Below are positions 62,601 through 64,000 of a stretch of DNA of 64,000 nucleotides, one piece after another. Under the pieces are notes generated by a model, which searched no databases, was not told where the DNA came from, and worked only from the letters and a program-made list of their open reading frames with translations. Made by a program: the position numbers and the translations under genes. Origin of the DNA: Dimorphilus gyrociliatus (taxonomy: Eukaryota > Animalia > Annelida); assembly GCA_904063045.1 (NCBI GenBank), contig CAJFCJ010000070.1, positions 133,502-197,501 on the forward strand. The letters run 5' to 3'. Each line of letters opens with the position of its first letter. Position 1 is the stretch's first letter.

Positions 62601-63888
62601 ATTTTTACAGGTTTTACCAAATATTTCATTAATTCCCCATAATTCTTCCTTTCTACAACAATAAACTATATTGTAAGCATATGAAGACAAGAATATAAAA
62701 AAAATACTTGGCTGTTTATGACATATAAAATATTTTGTCTGAATACTACAATCTTTTTCTTGTATTTGAATAAAAGAGAATGCACTAGATTGAAAATTCA
62801 TTGTATAGCAGCCATAGAAAGATTTTGACAGAAACATATGTTTTTTTTTTTTAAGAAAATGTTCGAATATTTCTCTGTTTTGTTGGCAGGCCTGTACAAA
62901 TCAGTTATTAACTAAAAGTTTATTTTTGAATGTATTATTATTATGACTTTCATTAAAGTATAAAAAAAAAGGGTAAAATTTCTTTCTTGGCAGTTTACCT
63001 TATTAAAATCCAAATATACATTTGATTTATACAAAAGAGGAGTTTTGCTTTGCGTTACATAATACTTTTGAAATGTTGTATTGTTTTGGATAAGATTTAA
63101 TGAAAATGCTCCTGTAAAAGTAGACACCCATTTATTTCTAATCTATAAAGGTTGAAAAGTGCAAAAATATCAAATACTATTTGGAAACAGGTAGGAACTA
63201 TCAATTTGATGTTTAAAAACAAGATGTAAAAGCATAAAAGGAAATTGAACATTTGAAGATGGTAAATCAGTAAGTGTTAAATTTTTATTAGCACACTCCT
63301 TTTCAATTTGTTTTAAGGATAAGGATTTTATATTTTTGAAGATGTAATAGCAGACATCAAATATTGTGTGTGCCTCCTCTTCACCACAATCTATTACTAT
63401 CATTGAAAAATAGTTGTCATTTTAGATAAAATTTTGAAAAATGTTGGTATAGGACCTTTTTTTTTTGAACACTTAATGTTATATAAAGTATTTTTTGCAA
63501 ATGCTCTGTATAAATTAGAAAGGTAAAGTTATTATGGCTGGATATTTAGGAGTTGAAATTAATAGATTTTGCATTTAAACACTTACCCTTTAGACGAATG
63601 TTTGATTTTGCAATCTTCTAGTTTTGATGTAGAGCTATTACAAGAGAAACTCTCTAAATGTATACCAGAATCAAATTGAAGAGGTATGACAAATTGATCA
63701 CTTTCAACAGGAATAAGAGTGCCATAATTGAAACCAAAACTTTTACAAATAACTTGAATTTCTCTATATCTTAACATTATAAAATGTTTCCAAATATTTG
63801 ATACAAGAACTAGAAAAATTCCAGTATATTCCAAATAATTATGTTTTTCACCAAAATATAGATTGCCATCTTTCTCATTGAACATCAT
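59643..63888 (-). CDS. GRL101/type-C2 LGR-like GPCR: SRCR-CTL-LDLa(x6)-LRR-7TM, apparently intact, 5-prime end may lie beyond window
   Basis: SRCR VICKSFGF...HLESFSC...LEDC, CTL VCYYIF...EKEC...DCSIQTKYFICHK, six LDLa repeats, LRRs, hinge FNLCCLAW...TCSNLLG, and 7TM TLERVL and TNLICWMP. Phase-consistent introns at 60123-60171, 61443-61508 and 61857-61919 plus a 28-nt exon at 62281-62308. The exon structure at about 63400-63530 is uncertain. Confidence 0.9.
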
Positions 63889-64000
63889 ATATTTTGAATC
63901 TTATTTTGTGATGGAAAAGAGAAAAAAAAAGATTTTCAGCTTTAAATTTGGTAATAGGAAAACAAATATTGAAGTTTTGTTTTGTACTACTTGTTTTTTC

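Overview
AT-rich (about 28% GC by eye) compact animal genome window with short 49-66 nt GT-AG introns and one 10-N gap (11240-11249). Short introns, GRL101-type receptors, a nicotinic/AChBP remnant, TTAGGG motifs and a MULE plus Ty3/gypsy repeat landscape point to a small-genome lophotrochozoan. The annelid Dimorphilus gyrociliatus fits from memory, but this is unverified. Only three genes look intact and identifiable: a 3-exon fascin (32949-34658 +), an intronless class A GPCR (17337-18317 -) and a multi-exon SRCR-CTL-LDLa(x6)-LRR-7TM GRL101/LGR-type receptor (59643 to at least 63888 -). The rest is a gene graveyard. It holds four or five decayed paralogues of that receptor, a SAMHD1-like gene with HD replaced by RN, a caspase-like gene with QACRG replaced by QSYR, a mannose-receptor-like pseudogene, a nAChR/AChBP remnant, a PAN-domain remnant and a 28S rRNA fragment. 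These are interleaved with eight Mutator-like elements with perfect 9-bp TSDs (one nearly intact PHD-FLYWCH-DDE transposase), Tc1/mariner and hAT relics, two LTR families and a Gag-protease ORF that is restored by removing one MITE. The most interesting signals are the birth-and-death array of multi-domain pattern-recognition-like GPCRs, the two apparent pseudoenzymes, a systematic polar 7-nt asymmetry of MULE ends, the Gag ORF that starts inside the LTR, and a 121-nt candidate structured RNA. All protein family calls come from motif recognition by eye; no database search was run.
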